A DNA stretch of 64,000 nucleotides from a candidate division WOR-3 bacterium. GTDB taxonomy: Bacteria; Hydrothermota; Tepidihabitantia; Tepidihabitantales; Tepidihabitantaceae. The stretch is from the NCBI GenBank assembly GCA_965648905.1, contig CBFGIT010000002.1, positions 64,001 to 128,000 of the forward strand. Reading direction: 5' to 3'. Under the pieces are notes generated by a model. The model saw nothing but the letters and a program-made list of their open reading frames with translations. It made no database searches and was not told the DNA's origin. This document shows, piece by piece, positions 50,055 to 60,171 of the stretch. The position numbers and the translations under genes are program-made. Every line of letters begins with the position of its first letter. Within the stretch, counting starts at the first letter, position 1.

Positions 50055-50846
50055 GTGCGGACACACATGGCCCCGGACAGACCGGCGCTCCGACAGGCTC
50101 TTGTTCGGCTCGGTCGTCTCGACTTCGATGACTTCAGGCTGCTGCCCCCAGAAGCGGTTCGACAGGCCCTCAGCGACCCGGACACGCTCGACGACTGGCA
50201 GCTCGCCCTGAACAACGCGCCGCACATCCTCGTCCATTTCCGCCGCTGCTGTTCGGCCTGGTCGCTGGTCATTCGTCAGTCATCACTGGCTGATATCGCA
50301 TCTGCCCAGTCCCGCCTGGTCTTGCACCACGCCCTCCTGTTGCTGCGGGAAAAGGCGCCGCCGCTCTACGACGCGCTGCCCTGGCACGAATGGGACTTCT
50401 CGACGGTCACGAAGAAGTACCGGCTCTGGCAGACGCGGCTCTTCCTGGCCGGCGACGGCACGAGTGCGATTCTGCCCGTGCTCCGCAAGTCTGCGGGAGC
50501 GGTTGTCTTCGAGCCATCCTCAACTCTTGCCCGCTATGTCCAGCGCAAGGCCGAACTCGAACGCATCAGGCGGTTCCGACTCCTTCCGGCTTCTCTGCCG
50601 CTCTCACTTGCGCCTGGCTCTTTCGACCTCGCCATCATCGGCTCCATTCCCTGGCTGCCAACTGCAGAGGGGCAACAGGTGATTAGCGAGGCGCTCCGCA
50701 TCACCCGCGACGTGCTTGTCGTCGAGAACAACCCACTGGTACGGCCGCTGCCCAAAGACAGACTTACCGGGCTGGGTCTTGAGTTCGGCACTGTCCGCGT
50801 TGCTGGCCTTGGCTTGCGTCCCTGCTGGTGGCGCCGGCCAGACTAG
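50055..50846 (+). CDS. Hypothetical protein with a degenerate methyltransferase-like C-terminal fold
   Basis: AGDGT, FEPS and GSFDLAI patterns; co-oriented with the operon. Confidence 0.55.
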   Translation: MRTHMAPDRPALRQALVRLGRLDFDDFRLLPPEAVRQALSDPDTLDDWQLALNNAPHILVHFRRCCSAWSLVIRQSSLADIASAQSRLVLHHALLLLREKAPPLYDALPWHEWDFSTVTKKYRLWQTRLFLAGDGTSAILPVLRKSAGAVVFEPSSTLARYVQRKAELERIRRFRLLPASLPLSLAPGSFDLAIIGSIPWLPTAEGQQVISEALRITRDVLVVENNPLVRPLPKDRLTGLGLEFGTVRVAGLGLRPCWWRRPD

Positions 50847-51071
50847 TTGACTCATGCTGCCCTGGGTCCGGCTTGCCGACGACAGGAGTGAACGGCAACC
50901 GCCGAATCCAGTGCCGGCTTAGACTGACAGTCACCAGCCAAGGCGACTGTTCGTGACGCAAACGGCTATTCAGCAAAGCAGTATAATGGTGAATCAGCCG
51001 GTCATCGGTCTCAACCCTCGAGAGTCACGGAGTTAGCCGAAAAAGAGGCGAAATCCAGAACCCACCCGGGG

Positions 51072-51347
51072 AGTGGCTCCCCATACCGTTCCGGAAAGCG
51101 CTATCCTGAGCGAACCCTCAAGGGCCGTCGCTGCGGCTTTGCCTGCGGCTTGCGCCGCGGCTGGGGCTGGCGTGGGCCGATGCCCTGTGCGAGTCGCGGC
51201 CAGCGGCGCAGTCCTGCTGGCTCTGCTCCTGGCTCGGCATTGCGCTCTCAGGTGCGCAGCCACAATCGCTTCGCACGTCGCTTACCAATCCGCTCCGAGC
51301 GTCGCTCTGCAAGCCGACTTCCGAGTTGCGCCGCAAGCCGCGAGAGC
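51072..51347 (+). repeat. Second degenerate 12-bp tandem array, same consensus as 5029-5280
   Basis: Units tgcggctttgcc, tgcggcttgcgc, gctggctctgct, cctggctcggca, cgtcgcttacca, cgtcgctctgca in 12-nt register. Confidence 0.7.
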
Positions 51348-51476
51348 AGCTTTCACGTCAGGGGTCGGTCGCCCCTGCCCAATTCCGGTGTCCACCTTCA
51401 TTTCAACCGCCTGCTGCTGTCGGTGGGTCGCATGCGGGCAGGAAGGCGCGGACAGGTCCAGCCGGACCGAGTCTCG

Positions 51477-51650
51477 TTACTCGACGACGGCCTTGGGCCG
51501 GTGTGGTTCCGGTCCGGCGTCGGAGAGGAAGAAGTACACGCCGGTCACCAGATGCTGCACGTAGTTCGTTCCCGGCCCAATGTCCATCACCTTGCGGCTG
51601 TTCGCGTCGAACAGGTTCTGCCGTGAACCAGCGGTAAGTTGTCGGCCCAT
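51477..51650 (-). pseudogene. Orphan CTD-only ORF (57 aa), likely a remnant
   Basis: MGRQLTAGSRQNLFDANSRKVMDIGPGTNYVQHLVTGVYFFLSDAGPEPHRPKAVVE aligns with the CTD of 2494-3621. Confidence 0.65.
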
Positions 51651-51764
51651 CAGTAGTCTCGCTTCCTTGAGCCGCGCTTGATTCTGCGGTTGACAGCAGT
51701 ATAGTGAAACCGGCAGGGTTGCGCGGTCAGGAATGGCCCATTACCAAACTGCCGCAGGTTAACC

Positions 51765-53546
51765 ATGAACCCGAGATTCGACCAGGTCTGGGACGCGAAT
51801 CCCGAGATGTATGCTGTGCTGCGCGAGGCGGCGACCGTCGGGGTCGCGCGTGCGCGCCTGTTCGACTACCTGAACCGTCAGGAGCAGGTGTTCCTCAATC
51901 ACGACTTCAACACTCATGCCCTAGAGCTCGCAACTGTTATGGAATGCCTCGACGTGATGAAGCAGGTCATCTCGGTGCGCAACGAGGCGGTAACCGGTTT
52001 CAGCTCGCTCCACCAGTTGCATGCTGCGGCTCACGGGCTGCTCGCTGAGGATTCGGTCGGCCCGGGGTTCAAGGAAGAGTTCCGGCATCTGTTCCGGGCG
52101 GTGCGCGGCGCGGCGCGACTCTATCCTGAGGTTGTGGCCAAGCCACTCGGGCGTCTTACCGGCCGGACTGCAGCCCGGGCCCGGTCCCGCGAGCTTGACC
52201 GGCTGGCACGCTATGTCCAGGACAGGGTACGACGCTACCCCACCGGGCTCGACCCGCACACAATCCATCGCCGGGAGCGCAACCGTGACCGGATTGCATC
52301 CGCACTGGGCGACGACAGACGCAACTGGGACAACCATGTCTGGCACCTGCGGCATATCATCCGGGACGCCGAGACGCTCATGCATCTGGTGCGGCTCACC
52401 CCGGAGGAACACGAGGCGATCGATCTCGCGAATCAGGCCGGGATTCCGTTCGGTATTACGCCTTACTATGTCTCGTTGATGGATTTCAATGCCAGCCGCA
52501 TGCTCGATCACTCGGTGCGTGCCCAGGTGATTCCGACCCGGGAGTACGTTGAGAAGATGGAGCGGAACCGGACCCAGGGCCGGCATTCACTCGACTTCAT
52601 GCAGGAAATGGACACTTCGCCGATTGACCTTGTGACCCGACGCTACCCTTCGATTGCCATCCTCAAGCCGTACAACACCTGTGCCCAGGTCTGCGTCTAT
52701 TGCCAGCGCAACTGGGAGATAAGTCGGCCGATGGATAATTGCGCGCTCGCTTCAGCCGACAAGCTCGACGCGGCGTTGCGGTGGTTCCGGCGTCATCCCG
52801 GGATCACCGAAGTGCTTGTGACCGGCGGGGACCCGCTGGTTGCGGGCACGGCCTTTGTCGAGCGGCTGCTCAACCGCTTGGCCCGAATGCGCCACATCGA
52901 GCGGATCCGCATCGGCACGCGCGTGTTCGTAACCGTGCCCCAGCGGATAACCGACACCCTGGCATCAGTCATCGCCCGTTACCATGAGCCGGGTCGGCGC
53001 GAGGTCTGCCTTGTTACGCACGTCCAGCATGTTTACGAGGTGACGCCCGAAACCGTTATCGCGGTGCAGCGGTTCCGCTCCCGGGGTATACCGGTCTATA
53101 ACCAGATGGTATACACACGTGAAAACAGCCGGCGGTTCGAGGCAGTGGCGCTGCGCCGACTGCTGCGTCTGGTCGGTATCGACCCGTACTACACGTTCAA
53201 CACCAAGGGCAAAGACGAGACGATTGACTACCGTGTGCCTATCGCCCGGTTGCTCCAGGAGCAGAAAGAAGAAGCACGATTGGTCCCCGGGCTGGTGCGG
53301 ACCGACGAGGCCGTCTTCAACGTGCCGGGCATGGGCAAGAACTATGTCCGGGCCGTGCAGCACCATCGACTCATCATGATTCTTGCTGACGGCCGGCGGG
53401 TCTACGAGTTCCATCCCTGGGAAAAAGGTATCTCGCTCGCTCCGACCTACATCGAAACCGACGTCGGTATCTGGGAGTACCTCGAGTGGCTTGAGTCCGT
53501 GGGCGAAAACCCGCGCGACTACCGGAGCATCTGGTACTACCACTAG
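51765..53546 (+). CDS. KamA-family radical SAM protein (lysine 2,3-aminomutase-like, long form)
   Basis: FGITPYY, TRRYP, CAQVCVYCQR (CxxxCxxC), TGGDPL, RIGTR, PGMGK. Confidence 0.9.
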   Translation: MNPRFDQVWDANPEMYAVLREAATVGVARARLFDYLNRQEQVFLNHDFNTHALELATVMECLDVMKQVISVRNEAVTGFSSLHQLHAAAHGLLAEDSVGPGFKEEFRHLFRAVRGAARLYPEVVAKPLGRLTGRTAARARSRELDRLARYVQDRVRRYPTGLDPHTIHRRERNRDRIASALGDDRRNWDNHVWHLRHIIRDAETLMHLVRLTPEEHEAIDLANQAGIPFGITPYYVSLMDFNASRMLDHSVRAQVIPTREYVEKMERNRTQGRHSLDFMQEMDTSPIDLVTRRYPSIAILKPYNTCAQVCVYCQRNWEISRPMDNCALASADKLDAALRWFRRHPGITEVLVTGGDPLVAGTAFVERLLNRLARMRHIERIRIGTRVFVTVPQRITDTLASVIARYHEPGRREVCLVTHVQHVYEVTPETVIAVQRFRSRGIPVYNQMVYTRENSRRFEAVALRRLLRLVGIDPYYTFNTKGKDETIDYRVPIARLLQEQKEEARLVPGLVRTDEAVFNVPGMGKNYVRAVQHHRLIMILADGRRVYEFHPWEKGISLAPTYIETDVGIWEYLEWLESVGENPRDYRSIWYYH

Positions 53547-53552
53547 CCCAAC

Positions 53553-54122
53553 GTGCGCCCCAAGCTGCTGCTGCACATCTGCTGCGGGCCGTGTGCGACC
53601 GAGGTCGTGCGCCGGCTCAAAGAGCAGTATGAAGTCGTCGGGTACTACTACAACCCGAACATCTACCCGCAGGAGGAGTACGACCGGCGGCTGGTCCAGG
53701 TGCAGCGGTTGTCCGCACTCTGGCGCTTGCTGGTTGACCTGGGACCGTACGACCACGAGCGGTTTCTTGAAGTGGTGCGCGATCTGGAGCACGAACCTGA
53801 AGGTGGAGCTAGGTGTGAGAGGTGCTACCAACTTCGGCTTGAACAGGCCGCAGTTGCTGCTCGGGACAATGGCTGCACGCTGCTGGCAACCACACTCACG
53901 ATTGCGCCGATGAAACGGGCTGCAGTTATCAACCCGATCGGCCAGGCTGCGGCCGCGCAGCATGGACTGGTGTTTGTGGCTGAGGACTGGAAGAAAAAGG
54001 ACGGGTTCAAGCGGAGCGTTGAGCTGGCGCGTGACCTCGGGCTCTATCGCCAGCACTACTGCGGCTGTGAATTCTCCCTTCGGATCCGGGAGTCCGTTCC
54101 TGACAGACCGGACGGCCTTTGA
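53553..54122 (+). CDS. queH: Epoxyqueuosine reductase QueH
   Basis: LLLHICCGPC, YNPNI.P..EY, EPEGG.RC..C, YRQ.YCGC.FS. Confidence 0.92.
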   Translation: MRPKLLLHICCGPCATEVVRRLKEQYEVVGYYYNPNIYPQEEYDRRLVQVQRLSALWRLLVDLGPYDHERFLEVVRDLEHEPEGGARCERCYQLRLEQAAVAARDNGCTLLATTLTIAPMKRAAVINPIGQAAAAQHGLVFVAEDWKKKDGFKRSVELARDLGLYRQHYCGCEFSLRIRESVPDRPDGL

Positions 54123-54144
54123 CCCGGCGGGCGGGCAGCGTACA

Positions 54145-54549
54145 ATGACTTCTGTGAAGCGCGTGCTTGCCATGCTCCTGCTCGTTCTTGCCTGCAAGGA
54201 CCCGTACGACTTTGAGCCCGGTGACCCGAGCAAGCCGAACCCGCCAGCAGCACCGGCACTTCGTTCACCGGCCGACGGCTACAACACCGAGACGTATGTC
54301 TACCCGCAGGATGTTGAACTGATCTGGTATCCGGTCGAACGGGCCGAGTTCTATCAAGTCAGGGTGTACCGCGACTCACTGCTTCAGCATCTGGTCGCGG
54401 CCAATGACCGGGCAAGGTCGGTGTCAGTGGTGTTCAGTCTCAGCTTTGGCCAGTACTTCTGGCACGTTCGGGCGGCAAGTCGGCAGTGGAACGACTACAC
54501 CGACTGGTCAGTGACCTGGCGATTCATTGTCCCCAGCCCGGCACGCTGA
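54145..54549 (+). CDS. Lipoprotein with FN3-like domain
   Basis: Lipobox VLAC; P.L.SP, YFWHVRA...DWS. Confidence 0.7.
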   Translation: MTSVKRVLAMLLLVLACKDPYDFEPGDPSKPNPPAAPALRSPADGYNTETYVYPQDVELIWYPVERAEFYQVRVYRDSLLQHLVAANDRARSVSVVFSLSFGQYFWHVRAASRQWNDYTDWSVTWRFIVPSPAR

Positions 54550-54870
54550 CGGTGTAAGGTTGGGAATAGCTCACCCCGCCAGCCAGCAGGAAGCAGGCCA
54601 GTAGCATCAACCGGAATCTCGGAGTCTTCACTGTCGTCTCTACGCAAGAAAGTCCGCCATCCAGCAGCGCCATATCAACCTCGCGCGTTGGCTCACCTCC
54701 TGCCCTGCCACCGCACCACCAGCTTGCAGGTCACCGTTTCTTTGGCCGCGGCGAGCTTGAGCAGGCACACGCCGCTGCTTGTGGCCTGCGCTGGTCATTC
54801 CGTCAACGCATTGACAACACATAATTAAGTATTATGTCCCCAGAATTCCCAGGGCAAGCGGCTTCTCGCA

Positions 54871-55731
54871 TCACCGGCCCGTTCTGGTCGGGTACTCGTA
54901 GACCAGAACATGCCTGATTCCCTCCTCGCGTTTGAGCCCGAGCCTGGTTAGAGCCCTGAACATGGCGCGGCTTGCCGGCATCGCGCTGATACGCCGGCTG
55001 CCGCGGCGCCGGGCAAGAGCGTGCAGGTGCTGCCTGAACGCGGCAAGCGCCGGGCCTGTGCCATGGACAAACGAGATGTCAAGGTCGCGCGGGAAGTATC
55101 GGTGCGGCCGTACCACGATGATGCCTTCAAGCCGGCCGCGCCCGGGCCAGCCGCGAACAAACCCGCGGCCGCAGAGTTCTGTGATGTATTCAGGTGTAAT
55201 CTGCTGGAACATCCAGGTGTAAGGCATCAGTGCGGCCGCGGCCTGGTATTCGCTCGAACCGGCGATGAACGTAAACGCTTCATCCGGCTTGGGCCGGCGC
55301 AGCCGCACACCCGATGCCCGGCCACGGGCCGGGCCGACAAGGAACCAATGCCTACTAAGCAGCCGGAACCCCATCCGGTTGATGATTCTGATGGACGCCT
55401 TGTTGACGTTGGCGGTGGCAAGCCGCAGGGTCTTCGGTCTCAGGGTAAGGGTCAATTGGAGTACACGCTCAGAGATTTCGCGGCCAATGCCCCTGCCCTG
55501 CTGATCCGGGTCAACCCGCAGTCCTTCCAGCCACCATTCGCCCGGAGCTAGCTGGGTCGCCTTGGCGCAGCCAACAACCACATGGCCCAGCTCCGCAACC
55601 CAGAAGTTCCCTTCGCGTATCCAGCGGTTGAAGAACAAAGGCAGGTAGTCGTGGCCCTGCCAGATGCGGCGGCTGATGGCCACGACTTCGGGCCGGTCCG
55701 AGGGCCGGGCCGGCCGGATTATGAGTGCCAC
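54871..55731 (-). CDS. GNAT-family N-acetyltransferase
   Basis: IWQGHDYLP, WLEGLRVDP..QGRGIG, N.AS......MGF. Confidence 0.85.
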   Translation of the reverse strand: MALIIRPARPSDRPEVVAISRRIWQGHDYLPLFFNRWIREGNFWVAELGHVVVGCAKATQLAPGEWWLEGLRVDPDQQGRGIGREISERVLQLTLTLRPKTLRLATANVNKASIRIINRMGFRLLSRHWFLVGPARGRASGVRLRRPKPDEAFTFIAGSSEYQAAAALMPYTWMFQQITPEYITELCGRGFVRGWPGRGRLEGIIVVRPHRYFPRDLDISFVHGTGPALAAFRQHLHALARRRGSRRISAMPASRAMFRALTRLGLKREEGIRHVLVYEYPTRTGR

Positions 55732-57077
55732 ATGACCTCCTTGTGCTTCCAAGCTCCGCCAAAGTAGCCCAGACCCAGGATGACGGCTTCAACTACGATT
55801 GATGCTCCAATACCAAGCCAGACTCCGGCCAGCCCCAATCGGATAGTGAAGGCAAGGAGCAGGGAAATGGGCAGCTTGATGAGCCAGTTTGACACCAGTG
55901 CCGCAACCATCGGCACGGTTGTCGCGCCCGCACCGCGCTGAGCACTGGCCCAGCCGGTGACCAGTCCGAGCACGAGCAAGGTCGGGGTGACATATCGCAG
56001 ATAGACTGTGCCGTGGCGCACAACCTCAGGGTCGGCGTTGAACAGCGCGATGACCGAAGACGCAAAGAGGAACAGCAGCGGCATTGTCGCCATCTGGAGC
56101 AGCGAGCCGATGAACGTGATTCGTCGGACAACCCGCTCGGCCAACACCGCGTCGTTCCGGCCAAGGCTTTGTCCGACCAGGGCCTCGCCGGCCGAGGCAA
56201 GTCCGGAAAGGTAGACATACATCACCTCCAGTGCGCGCATGCCGATGCCGAATGCTGCCATCGCGGCAGTGCCGAACCTTGTAACCATGGCGAACATCAG
56301 CATACCGGTGACCGGTCGAGTCACCCCCTGCAGACCAGCCGGCACGCCGATAGACAGAAGCCCGGCAAACAGCCGGCGCTGGAACCGACCGGGGACGAGC
56401 AATCGGCGTCGAGCCATCACCACAACCATTGCTCCAAGACCGAGCGTCTGGGTCAAGACCGTGGCAATTGCCGCGCCGGTGGTACCCAGCCGCGGCAGGC
56501 CGAACCAGCCGAAGATGAGTATCGGGTCGAGTACGATGTTGGCAAGGTTGGTGACGAGCATCACGTACATCGGCGTGCGCGTGTCCCCCAGCGCCTGAAA
56601 GACCGAATACATGACCATGCCGCAGAAGAAACCCGGGCTGGCTGCGAGCAGCCAACTGAGATAGGGTGTGCCGACTTCAAGTACGTCGCTGGCCGGACCG
56701 AACAGGCTGAGCAACTGGCCGGCAAACACGGAGCCCAAGACCCCGACCGGAGTGGAAAGCAGGATGACGAGCAGGAGCGCGTGGCGCAGGGTTGCGGCTA
56801 CGCCCTCACGGCTGTTCGCACCTGCAGCCCGGGCCGCAGTCGCCATTGTTCCGACCGTGAAGACCGAAGAGAGCGAGAAGAGCACACCGAAGACCGAGCC
56901 GGACAAGGCGACGCCGGCGACTGCGGCCCGGCCCAGCCTGCCGACCCAGAAGGTGTCGACCAGATGCAGAACCGTGAACAAGGCCGAGGTGACCATCACC
57001 GGCCACGCGACCTGCCATGTTGCCCGGCCGAGTGAGCCGGAAAGGTCTACCGCGCTGACTCTTGTCTGGTCGGCCAC
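55719..57077 (-). CDS. MATE-family efflux transporter
   Basis: VDTFWVGRLG, GDTRTPM, NIVLDPILIFG, multiple TM helices. Confidence 0.92.
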   Translation of the reverse strand: MADQTRVSAVDLSGSLGRATWQVAWPVMVTSALFTVLHLVDTFWVGRLGRAAVAGVALSGSVFGVLFSLSSVFTVGTMATAARAAGANSREGVAATLRHALLLVILLSTPVGVLGSVFAGQLLSLFGPASDVLEVGTPYLSWLLAASPGFFCGMVMYSVFQALGDTRTPMYVMLVTNLANIVLDPILIFGWFGLPRLGTTGAAIATVLTQTLGLGAMVVVMARRRLLVPGRFQRRLFAGLLSIGVPAGLQGVTRPVTGMLMFAMVTRFGTAAMAAFGIGMRALEVMYVYLSGLASAGEALVGQSLGRNDAVLAERVVRRITFIGSLLQMATMPLLFLFASSVIALFNADPEVVRHGTVYLRYVTPTLLVLGLVTGWASAQRGAGATTVPMVAALVSNWLIKLPISLLLAFTIRLGLAGVWLGIGASIVVEAVILGLGYFGGAWKHKEVMWHS

Positions 57078-57083
57078 GCCCTG

Positions 57084-60000
57084 TCAGTCCAGCAGGGCAA
57101 CGATTTCGCGGCAGATATTCTCGGACGCAAAGCCGCGGATGTCGATCGCGAGCGAGCGGCAGTTGGCGGCGCAGGCACCGCAGCCCTTGCACAAGGCTTC
57201 ATTGACGACTGCGGCCTCGCGTCCGGTCTTCTCGTTCACGACTTTGACCTCGATCGCCCGATAGGCGCAGAGCCCTTCGCACATGTGGCAGGCCGAGCAC
57301 TTGGCCGGGTCAACCTGGGCAACTGTGGCCTCAGCCTCCAGCGAATCACGGGAAAGTACGGTTGCAGCCCGGCCGGCAGCAGCCCGGGCCTGGGCGGTCG
57401 CCTCGTCGATGAACTTGGGGAAGTGGCAGAGCCCGGCCATGAACACGCCCTCGGTGGCGAAGTCGACCGGCCGCAGCTTCATGTGCGCCTCAAGGAAGAA
57501 GCCGTCAGAGTTCAAGGGAACCTTGAGCATCTGGGCCAGTTCTTCTGAGCCGGTCTGCGGTACCAGGCCCGAAGAAAGCACGAGGAAATCAGGCGCAAAC
57601 TCGATTTCCCGGCCCAGCACCGGGTCGTGCGCCAGGATGACCGGCTTGCCTTCAACGAGCTTCACCTCCGGCGGCTGCTCAGGCGCGTAGCGGATGAACA
57701 CGACGCCCTGCTGCCGCGCCTTGCGAAAGTATTCTTCGCGCATGCCATAGGTCCGGATGTCACGGTAGAGCACGTAGACATCAGTGTCAGGGTTCATCTC
57801 CTTGACCGCCAAGGCGTTCTTGACCGCCTCGGTGCAGCAGATGCGCGAGCAGTAGGGCCGGTCCGCATCGCGCGAGCCGACACATTGGATCATGACCACG
57901 CTGACTGCCTGCTTCACTCTGGTCGGCTCCTTATCGAGCAACGCTTCGAATTCCTTCTGACTGATGATGGCTGAACTTGCGCCATAGCCGTATTCAGTCG
58001 GCATTCGGTACTGGGCGCCGGTTGCGACCACGACCACGCCGTGCTTCAGGGTGATGTCTGACCCGTTGGACTTGTCGGACGAGTCGGACACCCGGATTGT
58101 GGTCTGGAAGTTCCCGACAAAGCCGTCTATCGCCTTGATGTTCGCGCCGGTGAAAACCTTGATGCGCGGATGCTGCCGGACTCTGGTCTCAAGTTCCTTG
58201 AGGCGCTTGCGCACGTCTTCGCCCTCGACCGTTTTCGCGATGCTCCGGCCATTGCCGCCAAGCTCGTGCTCGCGCTCAACTAGGAAGGCGTCAAATCCTT
58301 CTTCTGCCAGGGACAATGCTGCGGTCATGCCCGCGATGCCGCCACCGATGACCAGCCCGGCCTTGGTCACGGGCAGTTTGACCTTGGGCAGCGGTCTCAG
58401 GCGCAGCGCGCGTGCCACTGCCATCTTCACCAGGTCTTTCGACTTCTCAGTTGCCTTGTCCGGCTCCTTCATGTGGACCCATGAACACTGGTCCCGGATA
58501 TTGGCCATGGCGAACAGGTGCGGGTTCAGTCCTGCCTCTGCCACGGTCGCCTGGAACAGCGGCTCGTGAGTGCGCGGCGAGCAGGAGGCGACAACCACCC
58601 GGTTGAGCCGGTGCTCCCGGATACGTTCCTTTATCTTGTCCTGGGTGTCGCCCGAGCAGGAATAGAGGTTCTCCTCGGCATAGACGACATGGGGCAGGGT
58701 TCGGGCAAACTCAACCACTTCGGGCACGCGCACCACACCGCCGATGTTGATGCCGCAGTGACAGACGAACACGCCGATTCTCGGCGCCTCACCGCGCACG
58801 TCGGTTTCGGGCGGAGCCACCAGTTCCCGGGCCAGTGTGCCGCGTTCGGCTGCAAGCACCTCTTCGGCTGAGGCCGCGGCACCAGATGCACCGGTCACAG
58901 CTTCAGGTATCGCCATCGGTTTTGAAAAGCTGCCGGCCACACTGATGCCTGGCCGGCTGGTCGCGGTCGGGTTCCAGTCGTCGGTCCGGGTAAAACCGAA
59001 CCGGTCCAGCTCAAGGTCCAGCCGCTTTGACAGCTCGACCAGTTCCGCCGGCGGCACGAACCCGCACGAGAGCACGACCAAGTCGAACTCCTCGGCGCGT
59101 GTGCCTTCCTCGCCGGCGTAGCGCAGAACCAGATTGTGGGTTTCAGGGTCTTCGCGGACTTCAGGCACGCGCGCCCGCACCAGGCGCACGCCGTACTGTG
59201 TCTCAGCGCGTTCAACGTACCGGTCGAAGTCCTTGCCGTAGGAGCGCATGTCCATGTAGAACACGGTCGGCTCGACGTCTCGGGCATGCTCTCGGGCAAT
59301 GACCGCTTCCTTCACCGCATACATGCAGCACATCGCTGAGCAGTAGCCGCGCTCGACCGAGTCGTCACGCGAGCCGACGCACTGCAGCCAGGCAACGCGT
59401 CTGGGCGGCCTGCCGTCTGAGGGCCGCTGCACATGGCCGCCGTACGGACCCGATGCAGACAGGATGCGCTCAAATTCAAGGCTTGTGACTACGTTCGGAT
59501 ATCGACCATGGCCGTACTCAGGCCGCAGTGTGGTCGGTGCGATTGCCGAGCCGGCAGCGACAACAACCGACCCGACTTCAATGGTCAACTCCTCGTCCTG
59601 CTGGGTATAGTCGATTGCCCCGGCCTTGCACGATTTCTGGCACGCGCCGCACTTATCCTTGAGAAACTTCAGACAGTGCGCGCGGTCGATCGTCGGCGCA
59701 TTCGGCACGGCCTGCGCGTACAGCCGGTAGATGGCGCGGCGCTTGTTCAAGCCGCCTTCGAACTCGTTGGGCAGGTCTCGGACCGGGCACTTGGTCAGGC
59801 AGTCACCGCAGCCGGTGCACTTTGCCAGGTCCACTGACCGGGCATGACGTCTGAGTCTGACCTGGAAATTACCCGGTTCGCCTTCGACCGAGAGCACCTC
59901 GGTAAGGGTCAGAAGCTCGATGTTGTGGTGCCGACCTGCGGCCACGAGCTTGGGCGAGAGGATGCACATCGAGCAGTCATTGGTCGGGAAGGTCTTATCG

Positions 60001-60146
60001 AGCATCGCCATGATCCCGCCGATGGCCGGCGACCGTTCGACCAGATAGACCCGATAACCGGAGTCAGCAAGGTCCAGCGCGGTCTGAACACCGCCGATAC
60101 CGCCGCCGACCACCATGACCGCGCCAATCCTTCTGGGTTCACTCAT
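57084..60146 (-). CDS. hdrA: Heterodisulfide reductase subunit A-like FAD/Fe-S protein (long form)
   Basis: GGGIGG, LDKTFPTNDCSMC, QCVGSRD, CHCG.NI, CSPRTHE, FLEAHMKLRPVDF, ferredoxin motifs. Confidence 0.93.
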   Translation of the reverse strand: MSEPRRIGAVMVVGGGIGGVQTALDLADSGYRVYLVERSPAIGGIMAMLDKTFPTNDCSMCILSPKLVAAGRHHNIELLTLTEVLSVEGEPGNFQVRLRRHARSVDLAKCTGCGDCLTKCPVRDLPNEFEGGLNKRRAIYRLYAQAVPNAPTIDRAHCLKFLKDKCGACQKSCKAGAIDYTQQDEELTIEVGSVVVAAGSAIAPTTLRPEYGHGRYPNVVTSLEFERILSASGPYGGHVQRPSDGRPPRRVAWLQCVGSRDDSVERGYCSAMCCMYAVKEAVIAREHARDVEPTVFYMDMRSYGKDFDRYVERAETQYGVRLVRARVPEVREDPETHNLVLRYAGEEGTRAEEFDLVVLSCGFVPPAELVELSKRLDLELDRFGFTRTDDWNPTATSRPGISVAGSFSKPMAIPEAVTGASGAAASAEEVLAAERGTLARELVAPPETDVRGEAPRIGVFVCHCGINIGGVVRVPEVVEFARTLPHVVYAEENLYSCSGDTQDKIKERIREHRLNRVVVASCSPRTHEPLFQATVAEAGLNPHLFAMANIRDQCSWVHMKEPDKATEKSKDLVKMAVARALRLRPLPKVKLPVTKAGLVIGGGIAGMTAALSLAEEGFDAFLVEREHELGGNGRSIAKTVEGEDVRKRLKELETRVRQHPRIKVFTGANIKAIDGFVGNFQTTIRVSDSSDKSNGSDITLKHGVVVVATGAQYRMPTEYGYGASSAIISQKEFEALLDKEPTRVKQAVSVVMIQCVGSRDADRPYCSRICCTEAVKNALAVKEMNPDTDVYVLYRDIRTYGMREEYFRKARQQGVVFIRYAPEQPPEVKLVEGKPVILAHDPVLGREIEFAPDFLVLSSGLVPQTGSEELAQMLKVPLNSDGFFLEAHMKLRPVDFATEGVFMAGLCHFPKFIDEATAQARAAAGRAATVLSRDSLEAEATVAQVDPAKCSACHMCEGLCAYRAIEVKVVNEKTGREAAVVNEALCKGCGACAANCRSLAIDIRGFASENICREIVALLD

Positions 60147-60171
60147 CGTTACCGCACTCCCGAACACCGGG

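Noticed and set aside
50850..51050. Possible riboswitch or ncRNA (GACGCAAA, hairpin)
   Set aside because: Does not fit the c-di-GMP-I consensus or any other family I can verify by eye; needs an Rfam search
54550..54822. 60-aa minus-strand ORF beside the solo REP-like end
   Set aside because: No RBS or recognisable motif; cannot be supported as a gene
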